NCBI GenBank assembly: GCA_045615805.1
Contig: JAZLFN010000020.1
Coordinates: forward strand, 8,712-72,711
Length of the DNA: 64,000 nt
Source: Clostridia bacterium
GTDB lineage: Bacteria > Bacillota > Clostridia > Monoglobales > Monoglobaceae
Reading direction: 5' to 3'
The notes under the pieces: generated by a model
Database searches by the model: none
Seen by the model: the letters and a program-made list of their open reading frames with translations, nothing else
What the model was told of the DNA's origin: nothing
Position numbers and translations under genes: made by a program
Shown here: in pieces, positions 29,059 to 39,828 of the stretch
How positions within the stretch are numbered: the first letter of the stretch is position 1
Layout of the letters: each line of letters starts with the position of its first letter

Positions 29059-29679
29059 ATGGATTTAAAGAAAGAAAAAATCGGGATAATGGGCGGGACA
29101 TTTGACCCGCCCCATCTTGGTCATTTAATTTGTGCGGCATCCGTTAAGGACGCCTTGAATTTAGACAAAATAATTTTTATACCTACGGGAAATTTTATAT
29201 ACAAGGATAAATCGAAAACCTCTGCGGCAAAGCGTTATATGATGACAAGCCTTGCAACAGAGGATAATCCTTTTTTTGAAATTTCCGATATCGAAACATC
29301 TGTTTCGGAATGCAGCTATACGTATAAAACTCTTGAAAAGCTTAAGAATATTTATCCTGAAGCTGTACTTTATTTTATTGTTGGTGCAGATTCTCTTGAT
29401 TATATGGAAAATTGGAAATGTCCTGAACTTGTTTTTAAGAGAGCTGAAATAGCCTGTGTAGGCAGAGAGGGTTTTGAAACAGAAGATATTGTTGAAAAAA
29501 TAAAGGTGTTGGAGAAGAAATTCGGCGGGAAAATTCATTATGTTGAAATGCCGAAAATCTCTGTATCATCAACTGAAATACGAAATCTGGTAAAAGAGGG
29601 AAGGTCAATTAAGTATCTTGTTCCCAAGGCGGTTGAGGAATATATTAAGGTAAATAAATTATATAAGGATGAAGGTTGA
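29059..29679 (+). CDS. nadD: Nicotinate-nucleotide adenylyltransferase
   Basis: Motif GIMGGTFDPPHLGH and C-terminal ISSTEIR. Confidence 0.93.
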   Translation: MDLKKEKIGIMGGTFDPPHLGHLICAASVKDALNLDKIIFIPTGNFIYKDKSKTSAAKRYMMTSLATEDNPFFEISDIETSVSECSYTYKTLEKLKNIYPEAVLYFIVGADSLDYMENWKCPELVFKRAEIACVGREGFETEDIVEKIKVLEKKFGGKIHYVEMPKISVSSTEIRNLVKEGRSIKYLVPKAVEEYIKVNKLYKDEG

Positions 29680-29684
29680 GGGCT

Positions 29685-30263
29685 ATGACGGATATTGAGA
29701 GTATAAAAAATTATCTGAGCGAAAACTTAAGTAAAAAAAGATACAAACATTCATTGGGAGTTGCCGATGAGGCGGTTTGCCTTGCCAAGCACTACGGTGC
29801 AGATACCGAAAAAGCATATATTGCAGGCATTGTGCATGATGTTGCAAAAGAAATACCCACAGATACCGCCAAAAAACTTTTGAAAGAAAAATACGGAGTA
29901 AACACAGACTTTGTTATGGACAGTACACCAAAGCTTCTTCACGGACCTTTGGGAGCTTGCATTGCCCAGAGCGAGTTTTCCGTTTACGACCCTGAAATTA
30001 TAGATGCCGTTAAATATCACACTACGGCAAAAGCGGATATGAGCTTGCTTACAAAAGTGATATATATTGCGGATTACATTGAACCAAACCGAGATTTTGA
30101 CGGCGTGGATGAATTAAGAAGGGTTTCATATGAGGATATTGACGAGGCACTTTTAATCGGTCTTAACTGGACGATAGAAGAGCTTATGGAGAAGAAGAGT
30201 ATGTTTCATCCCGATACCGTTCACGCACGCAATTATTTGTTAAAGCAGTTAAAAGACAAATAA
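29685..30263 (+). CDS. yqeK: HD-domain protein YqeK (bis(5'-nucleosyl)-tetraphosphatase family)
   Basis: HSLGVADEA and GIVHDVAK HD motifs. Synteny with nadD. Confidence 0.88.
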   Translation: MTDIESIKNYLSENLSKKRYKHSLGVADEAVCLAKHYGADTEKAYIAGIVHDVAKEIPTDTAKKLLKEKYGVNTDFVMDSTPKLLHGPLGACIAQSEFSVYDPEIIDAVKYHTTAKADMSLLTKVIYIADYIEPNRDFDGVDELRRVSYEDIDEALLIGLNWTIEELMEKKSMFHPDTVHARNYLLKQLKDK

Positions 30264-30276
30264 ATGAGGTATAGTT

Positions 30277-31197
30277 ATGAGAAATGTAAATGACGACTAT
30301 AACCCACCGGACAGAAGAAAAAAAAGAAGAAGATTGGCACATCCCGGCAGATTTATATTATTTATTGTTTTTGTGATCATAATAATCTGGATGGTGTATT
30401 CCTTTATCGTTTCTTTATCTACGGGTCAAAAATTCAGTATATTGGGACCCTCGTCTCAGCCTGTGAGAAATCTTGTTGTGGCAGGTGTTGATGAAGGCGG
30501 ATATCGGACGGATTTGATTATGTTCTGTCAGATTGACAGAAGAAAAGACGAGCTTAATATTTTGCAGATACCCCGTGATACCCGAACCGAAAATCATCGA
30601 AATGATAAGAAGATAAATTCCGCTTATTTTTCCGGCTTTGATGTTATGAGCTCGGAGCTTAAACAGGTTACCGGTCTTAAAGCAACGGATTATATTATAA
30701 TAGGCTTCGACGGCTTTAGTGATATAATTGACGCAATAGGTGGCGTGACCGTAAATGTGCCGATCAGAATGTATTATACAGACCCTGTACAAAATCTGAC
30801 CATAGATTTACAGCCGGGGGAACAAAAGCTTAACGGAAAGCAGGCACAAATGTTTATGCGATTCCGTAAGAATAACGACGGCACAGGTTATCCCAACGGT
30901 GATATGGACAGAATCATTGCTCAAAAGCAGTTGTATTCTGCGGTAAAGGACAAGCTGTTATCTCCTGTGGGAGTAATTATGGCTCCCGTTGTGCTTGCGG
31001 CGGTTATGCGAAATTCCACTACGAATTTAAGTGCTTTTGAAATGATGGGAGTATTGAGGGATATTGCCGTTACAGCCGATAATATGAAGTTTTATTCACT
31101 CCCCGGAGGAGGAAAGTACATAGGAGGCGTTTCGTATTTTGTTTATGATAAGAACGCCACAAAATCTTTGGTTAACGAAAATTTTGTTACGGATTAA
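30277..31197 (+). CDS. LytR-CpsA-Psr (LCP) family protein
   Basis: N-terminal TM segment. Motifs RTDLIMFCQI and IPRDT. Confidence 0.85.
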   Translation: MRNVNDDYNPPDRRKKRRRLAHPGRFILFIVFVIIIIWMVYSFIVSLSTGQKFSILGPSSQPVRNLVVAGVDEGGYRTDLIMFCQIDRRKDELNILQIPRDTRTENHRNDKKINSAYFSGFDVMSSELKQVTGLKATDYIIIGFDGFSDIIDAIGGVTVNVPIRMYYTDPVQNLTIDLQPGEQKLNGKQAQMFMRFRKNNDGTGYPNGDMDRIIAQKQLYSAVKDKLLSPVGVIMAPVVLAAVMRNSTTNLSAFEMMGVLRDIAVTADNMKFYSLPGGGKYIGGVSYFVYDKNATKSLVNENFVTD

Positions 31198-31217
31198 TAT
31201 ATAAAGAGGTGGATTTA

Positions 31218-31574
31218 ATGGCTTGTGAAAACGAAAAAATAAATAATATGGTTAAGATTTTGGATAATAAATCGGCAGAGGACATTATTGTGCTTAATGT
31301 CAGCGGATTAACGACCCTTTCCGACTATTTTGTAATTGCAACAGGTAAGACGGAAAGACAAACCCAGGCATTAGCCGATAATCTGGAAGAAGAAATGGAA
31401 AAAACAGGAGTGTATGCTGTAAACAAGGAAGGGTACAGGACAGGTGATTGGATATTGTTCGGATATGACGATGCAATTGTTCATATATTTAAGCCCGAAG
31501 CAAGAGCCTTTTACGATTTGGAGCATGTTTGGCAGGATGCATTAAATGTTGATATTTCCGATTTGTTGAAATAA
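31218..31574 (+). CDS. rsfS: Ribosome silencing factor RsfS
   Basis: Motifs DYFVIATGKTERQTQALADN and WILFGYDDAIVHIF. Confidence 0.9.
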   Translation: MACENEKINNMVKILDNKSAEDIIVLNVSGLTTLSDYFVIATGKTERQTQALADNLEEEMEKTGVYAVNKEGYRTGDWILFGYDDAIVHIFKPEARAFYDLEHVWQDALNVDISDLLK

Positions 31575-31609
31575 TTTCGACTTAATTGCAATAAGAAAGG
31601 GAGATATAT

Positions 31610-34075
31610 ATGAAATACGATTTTGATTCAATAGAAAAAAAGTGGCAAAAAAAGTGGGAAGAAACCGGAGAATTTAAAATATGTGAGGATTCCGATAAGG
31701 AGAAGTATTATGCCCTTGAAATGTTTCCTTATCCGTCGGGTAACCTTCATATGGGACATGTGAGAAATTATTCTATCGGTGATGTGGTAGCAAGATATAA
31801 AAAGATGAGAGGATTCAATGTCCTTCATCCCATGGGTTGGGATTCTTTTGGTTTGCCTGCAGAGAATGCGGCTATTAAAAACGGAACTCCCCCTGCCGAG
31901 TGGACATTTTCAAATATCGATAATATGCGCGGTCAGCTTAAACGCCTCGGACTCAGCTATGATTGGGACAGAGAGGTTGCAACGGCGAAGCCCGATTATT
32001 ATAAATTTACTCAATGGATGTTCCTTCAGCTCTATAAGCACGGGCTTGCGTACAAGAAAAAGTCATATGTAAACTGGTGCCCGTCCTGTCAGACGGTTCT
32101 TGCCAACGAACAGGTTGTAAACGGCAAGTGCGAGCGTTGTAAAAGCGAGGTTGCAAAGAAGGATTTGGAGCAGTGGTTCTTTAAGATTACGGACTACGCC
32201 GACAGACTTCTTAAGGACATAGATAAGCTTAAAGGCTGGCCGGATAAAGTAAAGTCTATGCAGACAAATTGGATTGGAAAGTCCGAGGGTGCGGAGATAG
32301 ACTTTAAAATTGACGGAACAGATGAAACCCTTACCGTATACACAACGAGACCCGATACCATATACGGAGTGTCATATATGGTTATGGCACCCGAGCATCC
32401 TTTTGTTGATGAGCTTATAGGCGGAACGGAATACGAATCGGAGTGCCGTGACTTTATCAAAAAGGTACAGGCTCAAAGCGATATTATGCGTTCTGCATCC
32501 GATACGGAAAAAGAAGGTGTGTTTACAGGTAAGTATGTGATAAATCCCTTCAACGGCGAAAAAATACCTTTGTATCTTGCAAACTATGTTCTTTTGGATT
32601 ACGGAACGGGTATAGTTATGGGTGTTGCCGCTCATGACCAGCGTGACTTTGATTTTGCAAAAAAATACAATCTTCCCATTCGTGTTGTTATTGCCCCCGA
32701 GGGCAAGGAAATCAACGGAGAGGAAATGACAGAAGCCTTTGCCGCAGAAGGAATTATGCGTAATTCCGACAGATTTAACGGTCTTGATAATAAAGAGGCA
32801 ATAAAGGTTATGACAAAATATGCCGAGGATAACGGCTTCGGCAAAAAGAAGGTTAATTTCCGCCTGCGTGATTGGCTTATTTCAAGACAGAGATATTGGG
32901 GAGCACCTATTCCTGTTGTATATTGTGAAAAGTGCGGAACGGTTGAGATTCCCGAAAGTGATTTGCCCGTTATGCTTCCTGAAAATGTTAAATTTACGGG
33001 ACAGGGTAAATCCCCTCTCAGCGAGTGCGAGGAATTTGTTAATACAACCTGTCCCAAGTGCGGAGGTCCCGCAAAGCGTGAAACGGATACTATGGATACA
33101 TTTGTATGCTCGTCGTGGTATTTTATGAGATATTGCGACCCCCATAATGATAAAATTCCTTTCTCGAAAGAAAAAACCGATTATTGGATGAATGTTGACC
33201 AATATATCGGCGGTGTTGAACACGCCATACTTCATCTTTTGTATGCAAGATTCTTTACAAAAGCACTTTGTGATTTCGGATATATTTCCTGTGAGGAACC
33301 CTTTGAGAATCTTTTGACACAGGGAATGGTACTTAAAGATGGCACAAAGATGAGTAAATCCTTGGGAAATGTCGTAAGTCCCGAAGAGATTGTTGGAAAA
33401 TACGGAGCAGATACGGCAAGATTGTTTATAATGTTTGCCGCACCTCCCGAGCGTGACCTTGATTGGAATGATACGGCGGTTGAAGGTGCGTACAGATTCT
33501 TAAACCGTGTATGGCGTATTGTTGAGGACTTAAAGGATTATTGGGGCGAAAAGCCGTTAGGCACACTTTCGGATGAGGATAAAAAGTTAAGACTTGCGGT
33601 ACATTCAAGTATTAAGAAGGTTACCGAGGATTGTAACAGATTCAGCTTTAACACGGCGATAAGCTCTGTTATGGAAATGGTAAATGCTATGTATTCCTAT
33701 AAAGAAAGCGTAAAAGCGGAGGATATTAACGGAACGGTTATAAACGAAGCAATTGACAGCCTTATCTTGCTTTTATTCCCCTTTGTGCCTCATATTACAT
33801 CTGAGCTGTGGGAGATAACAGGACATACCGATTCAATTTCAACTCATCCTTGGCCTGAGTATGATGAAGATGCTCTTGTTGTAAACGAGATTGAAGTTGT
33901 TCTTCAGATAAACGGCAAAATCCGTGATAAAATAGTTATTTCACCGGATTTGAGCCGTGAAGAAATGACCGAGCTTGCTTTAAACAATGATAAGGTAAAG
34001 GCTCTTACCGAGGGAAAAGAGATAGTTAAATGTATTGCAGTTCCCAAAAAGTTAATAAATGTAGTTGTAAAATAA
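31610..34075 (+). CDS. leuS: Leucine--tRNA ligase
   Basis: HMGHVRNY (HIGH) and KMSKSLGN motifs; length 821 aa. Confidence 0.97.
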   Translation: MKYDFDSIEKKWQKKWEETGEFKICEDSDKEKYYALEMFPYPSGNLHMGHVRNYSIGDVVARYKKMRGFNVLHPMGWDSFGLPAENAAIKNGTPPAEWTFSNIDNMRGQLKRLGLSYDWDREVATAKPDYYKFTQWMFLQLYKHGLAYKKKSYVNWCPSCQTVLANEQVVNGKCERCKSEVAKKDLEQWFFKITDYADRLLKDIDKLKGWPDKVKSMQTNWIGKSEGAEIDFKIDGTDETLTVYTTRPDTIYGVSYMVMAPEHPFVDELIGGTEYESECRDFIKKVQAQSDIMRSASDTEKEGVFTGKYVINPFNGEKIPLYLANYVLLDYGTGIVMGVAAHDQRDFDFAKKYNLPIRVVIAPEGKEINGEEMTEAFAAEGIMRNSDRFNGLDNKEAIKVMTKYAEDNGFGKKKVNFRLRDWLISRQRYWGAPIPVVYCEKCGTVEIPESDLPVMLPENVKFTGQGKSPLSECEEFVNTTCPKCGGPAKRETDTMDTFVCSSWYFMRYCDPHNDKIPFSKEKTDYWMNVDQYIGGVEHAILHLLYARFFTKALCDFGYISCEEPFENLLTQGMVLKDGTKMSKSLGNVVSPEEIVGKYGADTARLFIMFAAPPERDLDWNDTAVEGAYRFLNRVWRIVEDLKDYWGEKPLGTLSDEDKKLRLAVHSSIKKVTEDCNRFSFNTAISSVMEMVNAMYSYKESVKAEDINGTVINEAIDSLILLLFPFVPHITSELWEITGHTDSISTHPWPEYDEDALVVNEIEVVLQINGKIRDKIVISPDLSREEMTELALNNDKVKALTEGKEIVKCIAVPKKLINVVVK

Positions 34076-34077
34076 TA

Positions 34078-34108
34078 AAAATACCGCCGAATTTTTCGGC
34101 GGTATTTT
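34078..34108. terminator. Bidirectional Rho-independent terminator
   Basis: AAAATACCGCCGAA-TTT-TTCGGCGGTATTTT. Confidence 0.9.
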
Positions 34109-34115
34109 GGTCTTG

Positions 34116-34430
34116 TTATCCGTTTTCAAGAGCCTGCTGAAGCCAAAACATACCGATGTCAAAGGCTTTGTAAAGCCCGTCGCGTTCAGCCTGTCTGATA
34201 AGCTGGGAACGGGGACCTTCGTTTGTTTTAAGCTCGATTATAACACGCTTCGAAATAGTAATGTCTTCAAGCTCTTCGTTATCTTCGAGGCGGAAGATAA
34301 CAACATATTTGTCCTCGGGGTTTCCGTAATATATTTCGTTTCCGCATCTTAAAAGAGGTTTTCCGTTATATGTGAGGATATCGTTCTTTTTTGCTTCTTT
34401 TGAAGCGGTTGTTTTTTTAGCAGCAGCCAT
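34116..34430 (-). CDS. Small hypothetical protein (104 aa)
   Basis: GGAAAGGTAGAAAG RBS context before the ATG (MAAAKKTT...). Candidate own promoter TTGCAA-17-TATTAT upstream. I recognise no domain. Confidence 0.6.
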   Translation of the reverse strand: MAAAKKTTASKEAKKNDILTYNGKPLLRCGNEIYYGNPEDKYVVIFRLEDNEELEDITISKRVIIELKTNEGPRSQLIRQAERDGLYKAFDIGMFWLQQALENG

Positions 34431-34550
34431 AGTCTTTCTACCTTTCCGACTCACTTAATTTTCAGCATTTTACCGTGAGCCAAGTAAAACGATTTAATAC
34501 AATACACTTATTTATAATATCAAAAACAGGAATAAATTGCAAGCAAATTT

Positions 34551-35753
34551 TTAATTTTCAAGCATTTTTTGTATAAGTGTATAACCCTGTTCGATTTTTA
34601 TGCCTGTTTTTTCAGCTTCCTTTTCGGTGTAGCCTGAGGCTTTGGAACTTATTTCGTCATCGCTTTTGTACAAAACAAAGGGTACGGGGTCGGATGTATG
34701 AGTCATTTTGTCAAGTGGCGTGGGATGGTCGGGCATAATAAGCATACGAAAATCAATGCCGTTGTCACGAAGATACTTTAAGACGGGAGCAACAATTTTT
34801 TGGTCAATAAGCTCTATTGTTTTTACTTTGTTGTCAATTTCGTGGCGGTGACCTGCTTCATCCGCACCTTCAAGGTGAATATAAATAAAATTCTTTCCGC
34901 TTTTAAGTCCGTCAATTGCCGCCTGTGCCTTTCCGTCAAAGTTTGTGGAAACCGTTCCCGTTGCGTTTTCTATCTCAGCAACCTCAAGACCTGCAAGACG
35001 ACCGATTCCTTTTATAAGGTCAACGGCGGATATTACAACTCCGTCAAGACCGAATTTGTCCTTGTATGTGTCAAGGTTGGGCTTTGTTCCGTTTCCCCAA
35101 ATCCAAAGAGAATTGGCGGGATGAAGTCCTCTTTTAATTCTGTCAAGGTTTACGGGATGGTCCTTTAATATGTCATAGCTTTTCTTCATAAGTGAAAGAA
35201 TAACTTTATCTTCGGGAAGATAAGCACCGACTTTTTTGCCGGATATATCATGGGGAGGGGTGAGAGAAAATTTGTTTTCTCTGTTGTGCCATACAAGAAG
35301 ATGACGGTAGCTTACGCCTCCGAAGAATTCGTATTCATCCGTTGATAAGGCTTCGTTTATTGTCTGAATAAGCTTGTGGGATTCCTCGGTTGTGATTTCA
35401 TCCGAGCTATAGTCAACCATTGTTTTGTCGGCGTAATCTTCTTCATCGGAAAGGGTGACAAGATTTGCACGGAAGGTTGTATCGGTAAGAGTAAGGGGTA
35501 CGCCGATGGAAGCCGCCTCAAGAGGTGACCTTCCGGTATAATATTTAAGTGGGTCGTAGCCGAATACCGCGAGGTTTGCAACATCACTTCCGGGAGGAAG
35601 GGTTTGCGGAACGGTTTTGACAATTCCCACATATGATTTTTTGGCAAGCTCGTCAATGCTTGGCTTGTGTGCGGCTTCAAGAGGTGTTTTGTTTCCCAAT
35701 TCGGAAACGGGAGTATCTGCCGCACCGTCTGTTAAAACTACGATGTATTTCAT
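34551..35753 (-). CDS. Cofactor-independent phosphoglycerate mutase family protein (ApgM-like metalloenzyme)
   Basis: N-terminus MKYIVVLTDGAADTP, then HLEGADEAGH and MPDHPTP metal-site motifs. Confidence 0.78.
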   Translation of the reverse strand: MKYIVVLTDGAADTPVSELGNKTPLEAAHKPSIDELAKKSYVGIVKTVPQTLPPGSDVANLAVFGYDPLKYYTGRSPLEAASIGVPLTLTDTTFRANLVTLSDEEDYADKTMVDYSSDEITTEESHKLIQTINEALSTDEYEFFGGVSYRHLLVWHNRENKFSLTPPHDISGKKVGAYLPEDKVILSLMKKSYDILKDHPVNLDRIKRGLHPANSLWIWGNGTKPNLDTYKDKFGLDGVVISAVDLIKGIGRLAGLEVAEIENATGTVSTNFDGKAQAAIDGLKSGKNFIYIHLEGADEAGHRHEIDNKVKTIELIDQKIVAPVLKYLRDNGIDFRMLIMPDHPTPLDKMTHTSDPVPFVLYKSDDEISSKASGYTEKEAEKTGIKIEQGYTLIQKMLEN

Positions 35754-35900
35754 AATCCGATTTTCCTTTCAATTCAAGACTTACATATATTATATACAAA
35801 CAAACCTTTTATGTCAAGGTTTGATGAGGTGTTTTTATCACTTGCAAAAATGGTGCAGATATAGTAAAATAAAAGAAAAACTTTGATTGGCAGAGGATAT

Positions 35901-36461
35901 ATGATTAGAAAAATCAACTTAAACGGTATGACAATTAAATATGACTTGCAATATAAAAAAGTAAAAAATATAAATCTCAGGATAAAGCCGGGCGGTGGAG
36001 TTTTTGTTTCGGCAAACAGGGCAGTTTCCGCAGATGTTATTGAAAGGTTTATAATTTCAAAGACGGATTTTATCAAAAATGCATTGACCGGATACGAAAG
36101 CCGTGAGCCGTGCGTCAGATATTTTAATGATGATGAAATCCGCGATGTAATTCTTGAACTTTGCCAAAGGATTTATCCGTATTTTGAACGGCTTGGGGTA
36201 AATTATCCCATAATAAAATTCAGAAAAATGGTGTCACAATGGGGAAACTGTCATTCACAAAAAGGAATTTTGACATTTAATTTATATCTTACATATGCAC
36301 CGATTGAGTGTATAGAATATGTGGTAGCTCATGAATTTACCCATTTTCTTCAGCCAAATCATTCGCAAAAATTTTATGATGAGCTTCAAAAGATAATGCC
36401 CGATTGGAAGATGCACAGACGGAAGCTTAAAGAAATCCATATAAGAAATGTCGAAAATTAA
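35901..36461 (+). CDS. YgjP-like (DUF45/M48-related) zinc metallohydrolase
   Basis: HEFTHF (HExxH) near the C-terminus. AGAGGA lies 5 nt before ATG 35901. Confidence 0.78.
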   Translation: MIRKINLNGMTIKYDLQYKKVKNINLRIKPGGGVFVSANRAVSADVIERFIISKTDFIKNALTGYESREPCVRYFNDDEIRDVILELCQRIYPYFERLGVNYPIIKFRKMVSQWGNCHSQKGILTFNLYLTYAPIECIEYVVAHEFTHFLQPNHSQKFYDELQKIMPDWKMHRRKLKEIHIRNVEN

Positions 36462-36479
36462 GTGCAGGAGGGTGACTAT

Positions 36480-37028
36480 ATGCCTATAAGAATAATCAGA
36501 CATGATATAACAAAGGTTAAGGTTGATGCCATAGTCAACGCCGCCAATAATTCTCTGCTTGGAGGCGGAGGGGTTGACGGCTGTATTCATCGGGCGGCAG
36601 GCCCCGAGCTTTTAAGGGAATGTGAAAAGCTTGGGGGTTGTGATACAGGGGATGCGAAAATAACAAAGGGATATAATCTCCCCTGCAAATATGTTATTCA
36701 TACCGTAGGTCCAATATATCAGGATGGAGAGCATAACGAAGAAATGCTGCTTCGTTCGTGCTATAAGACATCTCTTCGTATTGCCAAAGAATACAGATGC
36801 GAAACCGTTGCCTTTCCGCTAATATCTTCGGGAATTTACGGATATCCGAAAGGTGAGGCACTTCGTGTTGCCATTGACGAAATCGGGAAATTCTTGTCGG
36901 AAAATGAAATGAGCGTTTATATCGTGATTTTCGATAAAAGCACATTTGAAATAAGCGAAAAACTGATTTCCGATATTGAAGAAAACTATTTATACAAGAA
37001 TATTGAAATCGACGAAAATATGTGTTAA
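36480..37028 (+). CDS. Macro domain protein (ADP-ribose/O-acetyl-ADP-ribose processing, YmdB-like)
   Basis: Motifs [20 protein letters not shown] and [12 protein letters not shown]. Confidence 0.88.
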   Translation: MPIRIIRHDITKVKVDAIVNAANNSLLGGGGVDGCIHRAAGPELLRECEKLGGCDTGDAKITKGYNLPCKYVIHTVGPIYQDGEHNEEMLLRSCYKTSLRIAKEYRCETVAFPLISSGIYGYPKGEALRVAIDEIGKFLSENEMSVYIVIFDKSTFEISEKLISDIEENYLYKNIEIDENMC

Positions 37029-37191
37029 AATAAAAATATGGTTTGAGGTGATATGAAGAAAACGATGATGTATACAAAGACAATGGAAAGATTATTAAAG
37101 TTATAATCAAGAAAGGAGAGTGGTGTCACCATCGCAGTTTGGGTGACAACACGCCGATTTTGGAATTTATTCTGAAATATTATAGATAATT

Positions 37192-38283
37192 ATGAAAATT
37201 AAATTTAAGATTACTAAAAAAATAATATGCTTTATTATAGGGTTAACCTTGTTTTTTGCGATGTCGTACACAGTATCGTCGCATCCGGGTAGAACAGATG
37301 CAAACGGAGGTCACTATGACAGAAAGACAGGACAGTATCATTATCATAATGGTGGTAGCTCATCAGGTAGTTCGTCAAGTAATAGCACATATACCGGACC
37401 TACATATGCAAGCAAAGTAAACGCGGTTAGTGTACCAAGTTCTATAAACGCAGGAGAAAGTACAACGCTAAAAGCAAAAGCATATCCTGAAAATGCAGAA
37501 GACAGCAATATAACATGGTCATCCGAGACACCTGATATAGCAAAAGTAAGTGCATCGGGAGAGCTGACGGCTGTTGGTATTGGAACGGCAATAATTGTTG
37601 CAAAAACATCAAGAGGAACTTCTAATAAGTTCACTATAAATGTTAAAGAGATAATAGCCGAAACGATTAAAGTTAAGGATAAACCGTTTGAAATTTTTAT
37701 AGGTGAAGAAAAACAGCTTGATGTGATGTTTGCCCCGGAAAATACGACTTATAAAGATGTTGAATGGATATCTTCCGATAACGCTGTTGCTACCGTGAAC
37801 GAAAGTGGTAAAATAAAAGCGGTTAGTATTGGTAAGACAACAATAACCGTCAAGCATAAAGAACTTGCAGATTCGTTTGAAATAGAAGTAAAACCGATTT
37901 TGGCAAAAAGTGTAAAAATCGAACTTGTTGACGATATAGAAACCGAAAAAGAAAAGTTTGTAAAAATCAAAGTTGGAAATACAATTTCTTTTAAAGCGAG
38001 CATATTACCTTATGATACTACATACAAAACGGTAAAATGGTCAATCGATAATAATTCAATAGCTGAGATTGATGAAAACGGGGTGCTTAAAGGGGTAACC
38101 AATGGCACTGTTACAGTTAAAGCTAAAACAGAAAATGGAATTGAAGATACATTTGAGGTTGAGGTTTATGAAACATTAATTGCAGACGTTATTATCGGAA
38201 TAATTGCGTTTGTCATATGTTTGGGACTTATAGCCGGAATTATAGTACTAATTGTATACCTTGTAAAGAAACGGAAAAAATAA
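37192..38283 (+). CDS. Surface protein with YHYH motif and tandem Big_2-like Ig domains, C-terminal TM anchor
   Basis: Signal peptide and GGHYDRKTGQYHYHNGG motif. About four repeats of the type I(T/K)WSS..P.IA.V...G.(L/I).A...G.(A/T). C-terminal TM segment followed by KKRKK. Confidence 0.72.
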   Translation: MKIKFKITKKIICFIIGLTLFFAMSYTVSSHPGRTDANGGHYDRKTGQYHYHNGGSSSGSSSSNSTYTGPTYASKVNAVSVPSSINAGESTTLKAKAYPENAEDSNITWSSETPDIAKVSASGELTAVGIGTAIIVAKTSRGTSNKFTINVKEIIAETIKVKDKPFEIFIGEEKQLDVMFAPENTTYKDVEWISSDNAVATVNESGKIKAVSIGKTTITVKHKELADSFEIEVKPILAKSVKIELVDDIETEKEKFVKIKVGNTISFKASILPYDTTYKTVKWSIDNNSIAEIDENGVLKGVTNGTVTVKAKTENGIEDTFEVEVYETLIADVIIGIIAFVICLGLIAGIIVLIVYLVKKRKK

Positions 38284-38290
38284 TGCATAC

Positions 38291-38327
38291 AAAAACAAAC
38301 CACCGACTGTGCCGGTGGTTTGTTTTT
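38291..38327. terminator. Bidirectional Rho-independent terminator
   Basis: AAAAACAAACCACCG pairs with CGGTGGTTTGTTTTT (15-bp stem, 7-nt loop). Confidence 0.9.
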
Positions 38328-39562
38328 TATTCTCTTATCTGACCTGTGCCTTGTATTATATATTTTGTTGTTGTAAGAGCATTAAGTCCCATAGGACCGC
38401 GAGCATGAATTTTTTGTGTACTGATGCCGATTTCTGCACCGAAGCCGAATTCAAATCCGTCTGTAAATCTTGTTGAGGCGTTTATATAAACCGCTGCTGC
38501 ATCAATTTCATCAAGGAATTTTTGAGATGCGGAATAGTCATTTGTGATAATAGCCTCGGAATGTCCGCTGTTGTGCCTGTTAATGTGTCTTATAGCATCC
38601 TCTGTGCTGTCTGCGACTTTTACGCCGATTTTCAAATCAAGGTATTCCGTGTCCCAATCCTCATCTGTTGCAGGTGTTGCGGAAGGGAACAGGGCGCACA
38701 CCTTTTCATCTCCCACGATTTCCACGCCCTTTGAGATAAGAGCAGGAATTATAATGGGCAAAAATTCATCTGCAATGTCTTTGTGAACAAGAAGTTTTTC
38801 TTCGGCGTTGCATACCGAAGGTCTTTGGGTTTTTGCGTTGATGATTATTTTTTCCGCCATTTCAAAATCTGCGGATTTATCAACATATACATGGCAGTTG
38901 CCCGTTCCTGTTTCAATTGCCGGAACTGTTGCGTTTTCAACGACTGCCTTTATAAGCCCTGCACCGCCTCTCGGAATAATTACATCAAGATATTCGTTAA
39001 GACGCATAAGAGCGTTGGCACTTTCTCTTGTTGTATCCTCCACAAGGTTTATGCTTCCTTGCGGAAGTCCGCAATTTTGCATTATTTTGACTATGGCTTT
39101 ATTTGAGTTTATGGCTTCTTTTCCGCCTCGTAATATTACGGCGTTTCCTGATTTAATGCAAAGACCTGCCGCATCTGCCGTTACATTGGGACGAGCCTCA
39201 TATATTATCCCTATTACGCCGAGAGGAACACGAACCGTGCTGATTTTTAAGCCGTTGAGGCGGCTTACCTGACCGGTCGTTTCTCCGATGGGGTCGGGGA
39301 GTGATGCGATCTGGTCAAGACCTTCCGCCATAGAATAAAGTCGCTCTTTTGTAAGAGTGAGTCTGTCAATTAAACCTTCGCGCATATTGTTCTTTATTCC
39401 GTTTTCAATGTCTTTTTTGTTTTCGGCTATAATGTATTCATATTCTGTCCGCAAGGCTTCTGCGATTTTATGCAATGCGTCATCTTTTTCCGCAGATGTA
39501 AGCCGCGAAAGAATATAAGATGCTTCTTTTGCAAGCTTTCCTTTAATATTTAATTCCTGCAT
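38327..39562 (-). CDS. proA: Glutamate-5-semialdehyde dehydrogenase
   Basis: Motifs YEARPNVTADA and NASTRFTDGFEFGFGAEIGIST. Start moved to the ATG at 39562 (MQELNIKG). Confidence 0.93.
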   Translation of the reverse strand: MQELNIKGKLAKEASYILSRLTSAEKDDALHKIAEALRTEYEYIIAENKKDIENGIKNNMREGLIDRLTLTKERLYSMAEGLDQIASLPDPIGETTGQVSRLNGLKISTVRVPLGVIGIIYEARPNVTADAAGLCIKSGNAVILRGGKEAINSNKAIVKIMQNCGLPQGSINLVEDTTRESANALMRLNEYLDVIIPRGGAGLIKAVVENATVPAIETGTGNCHVYVDKSADFEMAEKIIINAKTQRPSVCNAEEKLLVHKDIADEFLPIIIPALISKGVEIVGDEKVCALFPSATPATDEDWDTEYLDLKIGVKVADSTEDAIRHINRHNSGHSEAIITNDYSASQKFLDEIDAAAVYINASTRFTDGFEFGFGAEIGISTQKIHARGPMGLNALTTTKYIIQGTGQIRE

Positions 39563-39708
39563 TTTTATCATTCCTTTTGATTTGATATGATTACTATAAC
39601 ACATAAAGGGAAAATAGACAAGAGAAATTTAGAATATATTGACAAAATTGCACAAAATATTATGTCAAAAGAAGGCGAAAATTTAACCGCTTAATTTTTG
39701 CATTGTGC

Positions 39709-39736
39709 TTGCATATTTATTTTTTTATGATATAAT
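39709..39736 (+). promoter_or_regulatory. SigmaA promoter with extended -10 upstream of the NifU-like gene
   Basis: TTGCAT (39709-39714), 16-nt spacer, TGaTATAAT (-10 at 39731-39736). Confidence 0.6.
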
Positions 39737-39828
39737 TATAGTTGGTATAAGATTAGGAGATGAAATAAACTCCGTGAATTTTATAAATATTTAAGCTTTA
39801 TTACATGATAAACGAAAGGAGTATTTGA

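Noticed and set aside
37053-37106. 17-codon sORF MKKTMMYTKTMERLLKL with a following GTGTCACC.../GGTGACA hairpin, upstream of the Big_2 surface protein gene
   Set aside because: GAGGTG sits only about 2-4 nt from the ATG, which is poor spacing. The peptide has no recognisable features, and I cannot assess conservation. Left unannotated; worth a look only if ribosome profiling data exist.
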